A program made the translations under genes and the position numbers. The notes under the pieces were generated by a model. It had not been told where the DNA came from, did no database searches, and worked only from the letters and a program-made list of their open reading frames with translations. Source: Zymobacter palmae (GTDB taxonomy: Bacteria > Pseudomonadota > Gammaproteobacteria > Pseudomonadales > Halomonadaceae). From it: a DNA stretch of 32,000 bases. Of the stretch, positions 10,169-20,512 are shown piece by piece; the stretch's first letter is position 1, and every line of letters starts with the position of its first letter. The stretch spans positions 1,924,035 to 1,956,034 of the forward strand of contig NZ_AP018933.1 of the NCBI RefSeq assembly GCF_003610015.1, written 5' to 3'.

Positions 10169-11184
10169 GCGTCACCTTCCTTGGTTGAATCGTGTTGATT
10201 GGCAGCATAGGACGCTTCCAGCGCCTGTCGCTGCGTGATAATACGCTGCGTCGATGCCTCAGTGGCGTCGATCCAAGGCACGAGGCGTGGATGCGTCCAA
10301 ATCGGTGCAACACGGCAGCGCGGCAGCGGACTAAATGTACCAGGAGCCAGCGGACCACCGGGTTTGTGGAAATCGCTGCCGACGGAAGCGTACAGCTGGC
10401 GCTCCTCAAGCAGGCGCGCAAGATCACGCGTGCTGTCATCGTTCTGATGGCCGTTGCACAGTTCGACGGCTTCACCGCCAGCGGCCATAAACTCATCCAG
10501 CAGTAACACTAGACGGCGGCGCGTCAGTTCGTAGCGTAGCGGATGCGCCAACACGGCAATGCCCCCCCCGGCTACGATCGCACGTACAACGTCACTGAAC
10601 TCCGGCCAGTGCAGGCGCACGTCACCGACCTTGCCCGCACCCAAATAGCGTTTGAACGCCATTTTGATATCATCGACCATGCCCGCCTCGACCAGTGCCG
10701 CGGCGAAATGCGGTCGGCCAATGGCCAAACGCCCGCCAGCACAGGCACGCGCACGTTCCAGCGCATTGGTTAGCCCTTTGCGCTCAAGACGTTCAGCGAT
10801 CGTGTAGGCGCGCGTGCTGCGCGCTTCCCACAACGTATCGAGCATCTGGCGCAGCGGGTTGTGTTCGTCTTGAATGATGGACTGCTCGCCTTCAGGCATC
10901 ATCGCCACGACGTGCACGCCGATATTGGTCCACTGGGTGGAAAGTTCTGCCGCGGGCAGCAGCCCGATCCCCAGTTCATCCGCCGCCTGACGGGCTTCCG
11001 CGACACCGTTGACGGTATCGTGATCGGTAAGCGCCACGCGACCCAGGCCGCGCTCAAGGCAGAGGTGCATCAGTTCGGTGGGCGAAAGCGCCCCGTCTGA
11101 TGCCTTCGAATGCATGTGCAGGTCAATGCCTGGAATCTTGCCCGACATTGCCAGTGTCGCAGGAAGCGTCGTCATGGCGGTCAT
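10165..11184 (-). CDS. rnm: PHP-domain protein, RNase AM / TrpH(YciV) family (~339 aa)
   Basis: The translation has IDLHMHSKASDGALSPTELM, LTDHDTVNG, AHP and GSDFH metal-ligand motifs. It sits upstream of, and is translationally coupled to, yciO. The start is uncertain among ATGs at 11184, 11175 and 11148; the track start at 11250 is unlikely. Confidence 0.85.
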   Translation of the reverse strand: MTAMTTLPATLAMSGKIPGIDLHMHSKASDGALSPTELMHLCLERGLGRVALTDHDTVNGVAEARQAADELGIGLLPAAELSTQWTNIGVHVVAMMPEGEQSIIQDEHNPLRQMLDTLWEARSTRAYTIAERLERKGLTNALERARACAGGRLAIGRPHFAAALVEAGMVDDIKMAFKRYLGAGKVGDVRLHWPEFSDVVRAIVAGGGIAVLAHPLRYELTRRRLVLLLDEFMAAGGEAVELCNGHQNDDSTRDLARLLEERQLYASVGSDFHKPGGPLAPGTFSPLPRCRVAPIWTHPRLVPWIDATEASTQRIITQRQALEASYAANQHDSTKEGDA

Positions 11185-11411
11185 GGTCCTGAAGTGTCCT
11201 AATCTGAGGGCAACCTGCCGGACGTGCTGTGGTCCCATGCTTCGTACCATGCATGATTGGAAGCTTCCGGCCTACCCTGTCTTTACGGGTGTACTTCCTT
11301 CATAGTGTCGCGTATTGCCGCACAAGGCAAACCCTGATCACTACTCTGTGCCATTTCGGTGCGCCAATGCGCGCCTGCACGACCGACCGTTTCAGCGGAG
11401 CTTTTTTACTG

Positions 11412-11975
11412 ATGAACAACCTGCTCAACTTCCTTCCCGTTGCCATCTTTTTCGGCGTCTACAAGTACTACGGCGACCTCAAGATCGCCACGGCCGTCCT
11501 AATGGTAGCCACCGTTATCCATGTGCTAGGCCTCTGGCTGTATTCCCGCGCCATTAAACCGATCCACCTCGTCACCTTAGTACTGGTGCTGGGCTTCGGG
11601 GCAGCCACATTACTGCTCAACGATCACTTCATCGTCTGGAAACCGACCGTACTCAATTTAGTGATGGCACTGGCCTTCCTGTTGTCACCGCTGTTCGGCA
11701 AGCGCCAGCCGCTGGTGCAGATGATGATGGGCAAGGAGATCAGTCTTCCCTCTACCGTGTGGCATCGTCTCAATATTGCCTGGGTGGTGTTCTTCGTCGC
11801 GCTCGCCATCGTCAACCTGCTGGTCTACCGCTTTTACGGTGAAAGCGTCTGGGTCACGTTCAAGCTCTTTGGTATGCTGGGACTGACTGTGCTCTTCGTG
11901 CTGGCGCAAGGCATCTGGCTTGCCCGTCAGGGTGCACTGGCACACAAGACGCAGGACGACAATGACGGCCAATAA
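11412..11975 (+). CDS. yciB: Intracellular septation protein A (YciB/IspZ), 187 aa
   Basis: MNNLLNFLPVAIFFGVYKYYGDLKIATAVLM is followed by five hydrophobic segments, typical of YciB. The ATG at 11412 matches the family N-terminus, whereas the track start at 11229 crosses the divergent promoter region. Confidence 0.88.
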   Translation: MNNLLNFLPVAIFFGVYKYYGDLKIATAVLMVATVIHVLGLWLYSRAIKPIHLVTLVLVLGFGAATLLLNDHFIVWKPTVLNLVMALAFLLSPLFGKRQPLVQMMMGKEISLPSTVWHRLNIAWVVFFVALAIVNLLVYRFYGESVWVTFKLFGMLGLTVLFVLAQGIWLARQGALAHKTQDDNDGQ

Positions 11976-12019
11976 GAAAGCCGCCTGTACGCATCACTTT
12001 TTCAGTGGGAGAAGACACC

Positions 12020-12304
12020 ATGCTGTATGCCATCATGAGCGAAGACGTATTGGACAGCACACCGCTGCGTAAGCCGGTACGTCCTGCGCACTTAGCACGC
12101 CTTGATACGCTGCGCGACGAAGGACGCCTGGCGATTGCCGGCCCGTTCCCGTTCATCGAAGGCGAAGGCGTTACCGGAAGCTTGGTCGTGGCCGAGTTCG
12201 ACAGCTACGAAGCGGCACTGCAGTGGGCCAACACTGACCCCTACGTCGACGCTGGCGTATACGCCAAGGTCGTCGTCAAACCGTTCCGTCAAGTTCTGCC
12301 CTGA
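12020..12304 (+). CDS. yciI: YciI-family protein, 94 aa
   Basis: MLYAIMSEDVLDSTPLRKPVRPAHLARLDTLRDEGRLAIAGPFP matches the YciI-like fold sequence. The SD gggagaag (12007-12014) precedes the ATG at 12020. It follows yciB as in enterobacterial yci clusters. Confidence 0.85.
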   Translation: MLYAIMSEDVLDSTPLRKPVRPAHLARLDTLRDEGRLAIAGPFPFIEGEGVTGSLVVAEFDSYEAALQWANTDPYVDAGVYAKVVVKPFRQVLP

Positions 12305-12311
12305 TCGTTCA

Positions 12312-12345
12312 GCGGGTGCGGCCAGATCGCACCCGTTTCATTTCC
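12312..12345 (+). terminator. Rho-independent terminator after yciI
   Basis: The stem is cgggtgcg (12313-12320) paired with cgcacccg (12328-12335), with a 7-nt loop. The T-rich tail tttcatttcc follows immediately, beginning 8 nt after the yciI stop region. Confidence 0.75.
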
Positions 12346-12386
12346 CATCTCTTTAGTGTTGTTTATCAATCCGCTGTCGGCACATT

Positions 12387-12409
12387 TCATCCACAGTTGA
12401 TGTGGATAA
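12387..12409. promoter_or_regulatory. Head-to-head pair of DnaA-box-like 9-mers
   Basis: tgtggataa (12401-12409) is the exact reverse complement of the TTATCCACA consensus. tcatccaca (12387-12395) matches the consensus at 8 of 9 positions on the other strand. Together they form the perfect 7-bp inverted repeat atccaca-N5-tgtggat. Confidence 0.4.
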
Positions 12410-12621
12410 CCCTGTTGAAGGCCTGCTGATGGCAGCGGGGAAATGCCGATAAGCCGTAGGCCGTCTACAGATTGTCTATTTCGTAACCAATTACACCAGA
12501 CCACCGCGAATCATTTCGGTGAAAAAAACCTCAAGCACTCCCCAACTCTTGCGACAACACGCTGCTGACGCTGCGCCGTGGCGGTGCGATATACTGCTGT
12601 TTCCGAGTCTTTCAGGAATAC

Positions 12622-14634
12622 ATGCTCATGCCCGCTTCTCTTCCGCTTGCGCCGCTGACGCGCCTCGAACACGCTGAACTGCGCTGGGACGACGACGTTG
12701 CGTCAGCAGCTCACTTCGACGATGTCTATTTCTCCCGTGAGGATGGTCGGCAGGAAACCGAGCATGTCTTCATTCGCCATAACCGGCTGCCCGAACGCTT
12801 CGCGTCTTGGCGCGAACGCCGCCCGTTCGTCATCGGCGAAACGGGGCTAGGGTCAGGCCTCAACATGTTGTGTGCTTGGGCGTGCTTCGAGCAGCATGCT
12901 CCTGCCGAGGCACGTCTGCACCTTGTCTCCTTCGAACGCTTCCCGCTGCGTCGCGACGACCTGCGCCGTATGCTGGCGGCCTGGCCTGCGCTGCAGGATA
13001 AGGCCGAGCGCCTGATCCAACTGTGGCCGCAGCCCGTACTGGGCGTTCATCGCCTACCGCTCTCCGATCGCGTGACGCTCGACATCCACCTCGGCGATGT
13101 TATTGAGCGACTGGGCCAATTCGAAGGGCACATGGACGCATGGTTCCTTGATGGCTTCGCCCCGTCGAAGAACCCTGACATGTGGCAACCTGCTCTGTAC
13201 GAGGGCATGGCACGCGCCAGCCGACCCGGGGCCACATTCGCGACCTTTACCAGCGCAGGCGATGTACGTCGCGGCCTGAAAGCAGCCGGTTTTGACTGGC
13301 AGAAAGTAGACGGTTTCGGTCGCAAGCGCGAAATGGTCTGTGGCCAGATCAACGTGCCGCTAACCGATACCCGTCGCCAGCACACACCGTGGTACATCCC
13401 GCCAGAAGAGCACGATGTGCCCCGTCACGTTGCCGTCGTTGGTGCGGGCATTGCGGGCACTTCAACCGCCCACGCGCTGGCACGCCGCGGCCTTCGCGTC
13501 AGCCTGATCGACCCGAAAACACCGGGACGCGAAGGGTCAGGCAACCTGCAAGGCGCGATGTACATCAAACTGGCGGTCGACACCAATCTGCAAAGCCGCT
13601 TCTATCTTTCCACGCTGCTGTATATTCGACGCCTGCTCGATAGTCTCGACCCCGAACATAGCCTGTGGCACGACTGTGGCGTGCTAAGCCTGGCCACGAC
13701 CGAGAAAGAAGCCCAGCGACAGCGAAAATTTCTTGCCAACCATGACCTGCCGGATTCCGTTATGCGCGGCCTCGAGCCAGACGCCGTACAGGCACTGGTC
13801 GCCACACCGCTGACCGATGAGGTCTACCACGGTCTGCTGTCGCCGCTGGCAGGCTGGGTACGCCCCTACCTGATCTGCGAAACGCTGGCCGCGACACCGG
13901 GCATCACCCAGCATCGCCATGCCGTCACCGACCTTGCCCCACAGGGCAGTGGCTGGACACTGACACTGGATGATGGCAGCACGCTGGACGCAGACGCCGT
14001 CGTTATGGCCAACGCCTGGCGCGCCAATCACGTGCCCCCGTTGGCTCACCTTCCTTTGATGCCCATTCGTGGGCAGGTCAGCAATGTGCCTGTTGAAGAA
14101 GGCACACCTACGCCAGCCTGCGTGGTCTGCGCCAGCGGCTATGCCCCCCCAGCCATTCACGGCCGCCAGTGTTTCGGCGCAACATTCATTCCACGCTCGA
14201 CCGATGACAGTCTGAAAATGGAAGATCATCTGCACAATATGGCCGAGCTGCAGGACATGCTGCCGGCCTGTGCGGAAGCGCTGGTTGAACAAGGCTGGAA
14301 TGACAAGATGGAAGGCAAAGCCGGCATTCGCTGCGCCAGTCCTGACAAGTCACCGTTCGTCGGGCAAGCTCCCGTTGCCGAACAGTGGCAGCAGGCCTAT
14401 GCCGGACTGGCAGACGACGCCAAGCGCTTCTCCAGCGACGAAAAAGGCCAATACCACCCCAACCTATGGGTCAGCGTGGCACAGGGCTCTCGCGGCATGG
14501 TAGGCAGCCCGCTGTGCGCCGAACTATTGGCATCACGTATCTGCCACGAGCCGCTACCACTGGAGATGGCCATCGTCGACCACCTACAACCCGGCCGCCG
14601 TCTGATCGCAGACCTCAAACGCAGCAAAAGCTGA
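12622..14634 (+). CDS. mnmC: Bifunctional tRNA (mnm5s2U34) methyltransferase / FAD-dependent cmnm5s2U34 oxidoreductase, 670 aa
   Basis: The N-terminal MnmD-type methyltransferase has LRWDDD..FDDVYFS and FVIGETGLGSGLN. The C-terminal DAO-type oxidoreductase has the VAVVGAGIAGTSTA dinucleotide-binding motif. The SD agga lies 4-5 nt before the ATG at 12622. Confidence 0.92.
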   Translation: MLMPASLPLAPLTRLEHAELRWDDDVASAAHFDDVYFSREDGRQETEHVFIRHNRLPERFASWRERRPFVIGETGLGSGLNMLCAWACFEQHAPAEARLHLVSFERFPLRRDDLRRMLAAWPALQDKAERLIQLWPQPVLGVHRLPLSDRVTLDIHLGDVIERLGQFEGHMDAWFLDGFAPSKNPDMWQPALYEGMARASRPGATFATFTSAGDVRRGLKAAGFDWQKVDGFGRKREMVCGQINVPLTDTRRQHTPWYIPPEEHDVPRHVAVVGAGIAGTSTAHALARRGLRVSLIDPKTPGREGSGNLQGAMYIKLAVDTNLQSRFYLSTLLYIRRLLDSLDPEHSLWHDCGVLSLATTEKEAQRQRKFLANHDLPDSVMRGLEPDAVQALVATPLTDEVYHGLLSPLAGWVRPYLICETLAATPGITQHRHAVTDLAPQGSGWTLTLDDGSTLDADAVVMANAWRANHVPPLAHLPLMPIRGQVSNVPVEEGTPTPACVVCASGYAPPAIHGRQCFGATFIPRSTDDSLKMEDHLHNMAELQDMLPACAEALVEQGWNDKMEGKAGIRCASPDKSPFVGQAPVAEQWQQAYAGLADDAKRFSSDEKGQYHPNLWVSVAQGSRGMVGSPLCAELLASRICHEPLPLEMAIVDHLQPGRRLIADLKRSKS

Positions 14635-14657
14635 GCCGGAAGCGATGATGCCAACTC

Positions 14658-14687
14658 GCGCATGGGCCACTCGAACCGCCCATGCGC
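14658..14687 (+). other. 10-bp perfect inverted repeat 24 nt after the mnmC stop (hairpin, no T-tract)
   Basis: gcgcatgggc (14658-14667) and gcccatgcgc (14678-14687) are exact reverse complements with a 10-nt loop. The downstream sequence is not T-rich. Confidence 0.45.
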
Positions 14688-14890
14688 CATGCTCACAGCA
14701 ATTCTGTTGACGAACCCTCGCGTTCACAAGCAACAAAAAGAGAGCTGAGAGCGTTGGCGTTTCGTCATCCTCAATCATGAACTGATCGTATTCAGCGCCA
14801 TGCTCTCGCTAACCCTGCTGACGAACCCTCGCGTTCACGTTTCATCATCCGTATCCATAAATCGACCGCATTCAGCACCAGCGCGCAAGG
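14684..14890. repeat. Degenerate tandem duplication (111-bp and 80-bp copies plus the start of a third)
   Basis: gcgccatgctc recurs at 14684 and 14795. The 24-bp core ctgYtgacgaaccctcgcgttcac occurs at 14704-14727 and 14815-14838 (23 of 24 identical). The following segment gtttcRtcatcc...attcagc aligns without gaps between 14759 and 14839. Copy 1 carries a 31-bp insertion (14728-14758). ttcagc recurs at 14791 and 14871. Confidence 0.8.
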
Positions 14891-15000
14891 CGTATCAACA
14901 GACCCAAGCTGTCTAAGTCATCACAAGGCATCCCCTGCCGTTTATGGTAATGATCGTCGTGACGCCATCATTTGCCACGGATGAAGGAACCTGACGGCTG

Positions 15001-16184
15001 ATGAAGATCACTGATGTCCGCGTTCGCCTCGCCAACCGCTATATGTTCGTTGAAGTCGATACCGATGAAGGGCTGGTCGGCATCGGAGAATCCGGCACCT
15101 GGGGCTTCTTAGAAGCCTCAGCTGGGGCCATCAACACCCTGCGCACCTACCTGATCGGCCAGGATCCACTTCGGATCGAGCACCACTGGCAATACATGTA
15201 CCGCTGCTGGCACTTCCGCAGTGCTGCCATCCTGAGCGCGATCAGTGCTGTCGATATTGCGTTATGGGATATCGCGGGCAAGTTCTACGACACACCGGTG
15301 TACAACTTGCTGGGGGGGGCCGCTGCCGCGACAAGGTACGGGTATACGCGCACACGGGGGGGGGGGGGAGGGCGCACCACTGAAGAAACCATCGCCCAGC
15401 TCAAGCACGCAAAGGCCGAAGGGTTTACTGCCATCTGTCGCCGTTTCTGGATGAATCGCGCGACACCCCTTATTTCGAACCCCACGCACGTGAGATCGGC
15501 AATGTCATTGAGCGCATCGGTCGGTACCGTGAAGCAGTAGGCAACGACGTCGATCTTTGCATTGAGGTGCATCGGCGTCTCAAGCCTGCCGGTGCCATCG
15601 TGCTGGCGGAAGGCATTACCCCTTTCCATCCGTGCTTTATTGAGGACCCGGTGGGGGCCGACAATATCGACAACATGGCCGAGGTGGCCCGCAAGATTTC
15701 CGTTCCCATCGCCACGGGGGAACGGCTCAGCAACCCGCAAGAATTCGCGATGCTGATTCGGCGCAAAACCGCAGCCTATCTGCGACCCCATGTCTGCATG
15801 TGTGGCGGCATCACCGGCGCGAAGAAGATCGCAGCACTGGCGGAGGCCAACGATCTCATGGTGGTCCCCCACAATCCGCTGAGTCCCGTATCGACCGCCG
15901 CCTGTCTGCAGATCGCCGTCAGCATTCCCAACTTTGCACTGCTGGAATACCCCGGAGACGACCAACCGGCACTGTCCGAACGGTTCGGCGCAACGGGAGT
16001 GGAAGGTGGCGTGCGCAAGAAGGACATGGTCAAGGAGACCTTTGCCTGTCAGGACGGATTCATGAGCATTCCGACGCGTCCCGGTATCGGTATTGCACTG
16101 TCGGACCGGCTGGAAGAACGCTTTCCCTACCGCCGCCCACTCAAAACCCGCCTGCACATTGACGGCTCAGTGGTAGATCAATAG
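15001..16184 (+). pseudogene. Enolase-superfamily dehydratase (D-galactonate/D-mannonate dehydratase-like), disrupted by at least three frameshifts
   Basis: The N-terminus MKITDVRV...DEGLVGIGE...DIALWDIAGK..PVYNLLGG and the C-terminal part DLCIEVHRRL..PFHPCFIEDP..ATGERL..PHNPLSP are family-typical but lie in different phases. Phase switches occur at a G8 run (15312-15319), at a G13 run (15356-15368) and near 15433-15438. The ORF track shows the fragments 15001..15540 and 15567..16184. Confidence 0.8.
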
Positions 16185-16233
16185 CGACTGCGGTTAGAGC
16201 TTGCACCATCGACCGTGATGAACCATAAAAGAC

Positions 16234-16265
16234 AAAGCGCCCCGTGTTCCGACACGGGGCGCTTT
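16234..16265. terminator. Bidirectional rho-independent terminator between the pseudogene and yheU
   Basis: The 10-bp GC-rich stem is gcgccccgtg (16237-16246) paired with cacggggcgc (16253-16262), with a 6-nt loop. It is flanked by aaa on the left and tttgatt on the right. The minus-strand reading gives tttgtctttt after the stem. Confidence 0.8.
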
Positions 16266-16293
16266 GATTCAAGAGATGCAGAGATGGCGGGCG

Positions 16294-16572
16294 TTAGTAA
16301 ACGTTGCCATCGCCTTCCTGCGCCGCCAGCTGGCGCTGGAAGTCACGCCACTGTTCACGCGTCATGACTTCGGTGGTTTCCGTCTGTAGATCATGCATGA
16401 TGACCAGCTTACCGCGCTGCAGCTGCGGCTTGAGCTGTGCCACCCACCCCATTTCACCGTCTTCGGTGTCAGTGCTATCCGCTCCTTGGCGTGAAACGAA
16501 TTCACTCAGCAGACGGGCCAGCGTGTCGTCAGGCACCATGCTGACGGGCACTTCAATAAAGCGATCGTCCAT
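16294..16572 (-). CDS. yheU: YheU-family (UPF0270) protein, 92 aa
   Basis: MDDRFIEVPVSMVPDDTLARLLSEFVSRQGAD...GKLVIMHDLQTETTEVMTREQW resembles E. coli YheU in length, motif order and acidic character. The SD gggagg lies 7 nt upstream of the ATG at 16572. Confidence 0.7.
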   Translation of the reverse strand: MDDRFIEVPVSMVPDDTLARLLSEFVSRQGADSTDTEDGEMGWVAQLKPQLQRGKLVIMHDLQTETTEVMTREQWRDFQRQLAAQEGDGNVY

Positions 16573-16603
16573 TTCGCGACCTCCCGTTGTGCATGTGGTG
16601 ATG

Positions 16604-18742
<2,139 letters not shown>

Positions 18743-18787
18743 TCAGGAACGTTTATGATACCACTGCTGGCCTCGGCTAGCAGTGCC

Positions 18788-20512
18788 TCAGTGAGAGGCG
18801 TGATACAGTTTGGCGCGGCGTTCAAACTCCTGTACGCGCTGGCGCGAGAACTCGACCGTCTGGGCAGTGATCACGCTCTGGTTTTCATCGCGCAGTTCAC
18901 CGTCAAGGTAGCGCGCAATGGCGCGTGCGGTTTCATACATCGCTTCGAATGCCGTGCTCAGCTCATCAGCCCCAGGCATCGGCATCAGCAGCCATACTCC
19001 TTTCGTACTGAACTCGTCCATCTCATCGAGCGGAAATTCGCCCGGCTTCAGAGTATCAATGACCGAGAACTGCAACGGGCTGTTGTCGTCATCGGTTTCG
19101 AAACGGTGGAAGACGCGCGTCGTGGGGCAGTAGCGCAGCCCGCAGGCCAGCATCAGCTTCAACAGCGCCATGCCATCGAAGGTTTCACCATCACGTGCCA
19201 TCACCGCAATTGCGATGACTTCGGAGGCCGACGCCAACGTTTCACGTGCTTGCGTACCATTAACGAGGTGACGGCGGGCACGTTCGATATCCGGGTGGCG
19301 AGCACTCACAGCATCGCGGTCGTCCCACTCAGGCTCATCGTCCTGATCCTCGTAAACGTCTTCGGCATACTGCCGAGGCTCGTCAGCGTCCCGATAATCG
19401 TCGTCGTCGTCGCCGTACGCATCATCGATCCGTTCTTCAACGTAAGCGTCTCGCGACGGTTCGCGGCGACGTGACGACGGTGCGAACAACGGGTCGTCAT
19501 CGTCCAGCGGCGCAAGCGGATCCTCTCGATGAGCATGAGTGCGCGCCGCCTGCTGTGCCCGAGCACGGTCGTCCTCTTCACGTTGCTGAGCCTGCAAGGC
19601 CTGTGCTTCTTCACGAGCCTGCTGCTGAGCCGCTTCCTTCTCAGCCCGGCGCTTCTCTTTTTCTTCGGCACGACGCGCGCGCGCTTCCAGACGGCGAACG
19701 CGCGCTTCTTCGCGTGCCTGCGCCTTACGTTCACGGCGTTCGGCCAGTACTTCCTTCATATGCGCCAGGCTATCAAGCGGACGACGCCACAGGATTTCCG
19801 ACAGCCCTTCGTAGCGCGGATCATCAACCGCCTCTTCTTCTGGAACGTCAAAAGGCTCGGGGGCCAGTTCGTCTTCCTGCGCCTCATCGTCGTGCTGCAA
19901 AGCCTCGTCGTCTTCATCATCATGAACGACGGCTTCCTGCGGTACCACATCGGCGACATCACCGGCATCCGGCGCGTCAATCGCACGGTCGACACGCTCC
20001 TGATGGTGAGTGGGCTCCGGCATATCGGTTGCCGCAGGTTCACTCTGAGTGGGCGTGGAGGCCTCCATAAGCGCAGCATCGGTCATAGCATCAGCCTCTG
20101 CTGCCGCGGCGGAACGAGCACCATCAGCGGGCGTTTCGGCGGCGGCGGTTGTTGTCGTTGTCATTACAGCAGGAGTGGCGCGCGCCGCATCGACCACTGA
20201 AGCGGTCTGCACGGTAGCGGAAGGGGCCTCACTTTCAGGAATGCGCGTCTTCAACCCTTTGCGTTCAAAGGCTGAGGCTTGGCGAACAGGGGGCGGCTGT
20301 ACGGTCGCTTCCTTGACCACACGAGCGCCACCGTTGGGCAATTCCCATTCGGTCTGTCGCGCAATGTCGTCATCGCTCTTCTCGTGCTGGGCAGCGCGCC
20401 CGGCATCAAGGCGCGAGGACTGACGCTGGCGCTGTAGACGACGCACGCCATCAATGACGATGATCGCCATCAGTATCAGTCCCAGAATAATCAGCCACTC
20501 TCTCAGTTCCAT
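18788..20512 (-). CDS. zipA: Cell division protein ZipA, unusually long (574 aa)
   Basis: The N-terminal single TM is MELREWLIILGLILMAIIVIDGV. The C-terminal ~145 aa (SEVIAIAVMARDGETFDG...VWLLMPMPG...) match the FtsZ-binding ZipA domain. The gene lies between smc and ligA, as in many gammaproteobacteria. Confidence 0.9.
   Translation of the reverse strand: MELREWLIILGLILMAIIVIDGVRRLQRQRQSSRLDAGRAAQHEKSDDDIARQTEWELPNGGARVVKEATVQPPPVRQASAFERKGLKTRIPESEAPSATVQTASVVDAARATPAVMTTTTTAAAETPADGARSAAAAEADAMTDAALMEASTPTQSEPAATDMPEPTHHQERVDRAIDAPDAGDVADVVPQEAVVHDDEDDEALQHDDEAQEDELAPEPFDVPEEEAVDDPRYEGLSEILWRRPLDSLAHMKEVLAERRERKAQAREEARVRRLEARARRAEEKEKRRAEKEAAQQQAREEAQALQAQQREEDDRARAQQAARTHAHREDPLAPLDDDDPLFAPSSRRREPSRDAYVEERIDDAYGDDDDDYRDADEPRQYAEDVYEDQDDEPEWDDRDAVSARHPDIERARRHLVNGTQARETLASASEVIAIAVMARDGETFDGMALLKLMLACGLRYCPTTRVFHRFETDDDNSPLQFSVIDTLKPGEFPLDEMDEFSTKGVWLLMPMPGADELSTAFEAMYETARAIARYLDGELRDENQSVITAQTVEFSRQRVQEFERRAKLYHASH

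Noticed and set aside
14689-14913. Short ORFs starting at 14689 (19 codons) and 14800 (37 codons) inside the tandem repeat, sharing LLTNPRVH
   Set aside because: Neither has a Shine-Dalgarno sequence. The single core substitution is synonymous in more than one frame, including the opposite strand, so it gives no evidence for coding.
15312-15368. G8 and G13 tracts as a phase-variation (contingency) switch for the dehydratase gene
   Set aside because: Restoring the gene needs a third, non-homopolymeric frameshift near 15433-15438 as well, so slippage alone cannot switch it on. A metabolic dehydratase is also not a typical contingency locus. Pseudogenisation or a sequencing artefact is more likely.
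15285-16157. 290-aa minus-strand ORF opposite the dehydratase pseudogene
   Set aside because: It is antisense to family-typical enolase-superfamily sequence. Its translation is featureless, and its continuity is a GC-composition effect.
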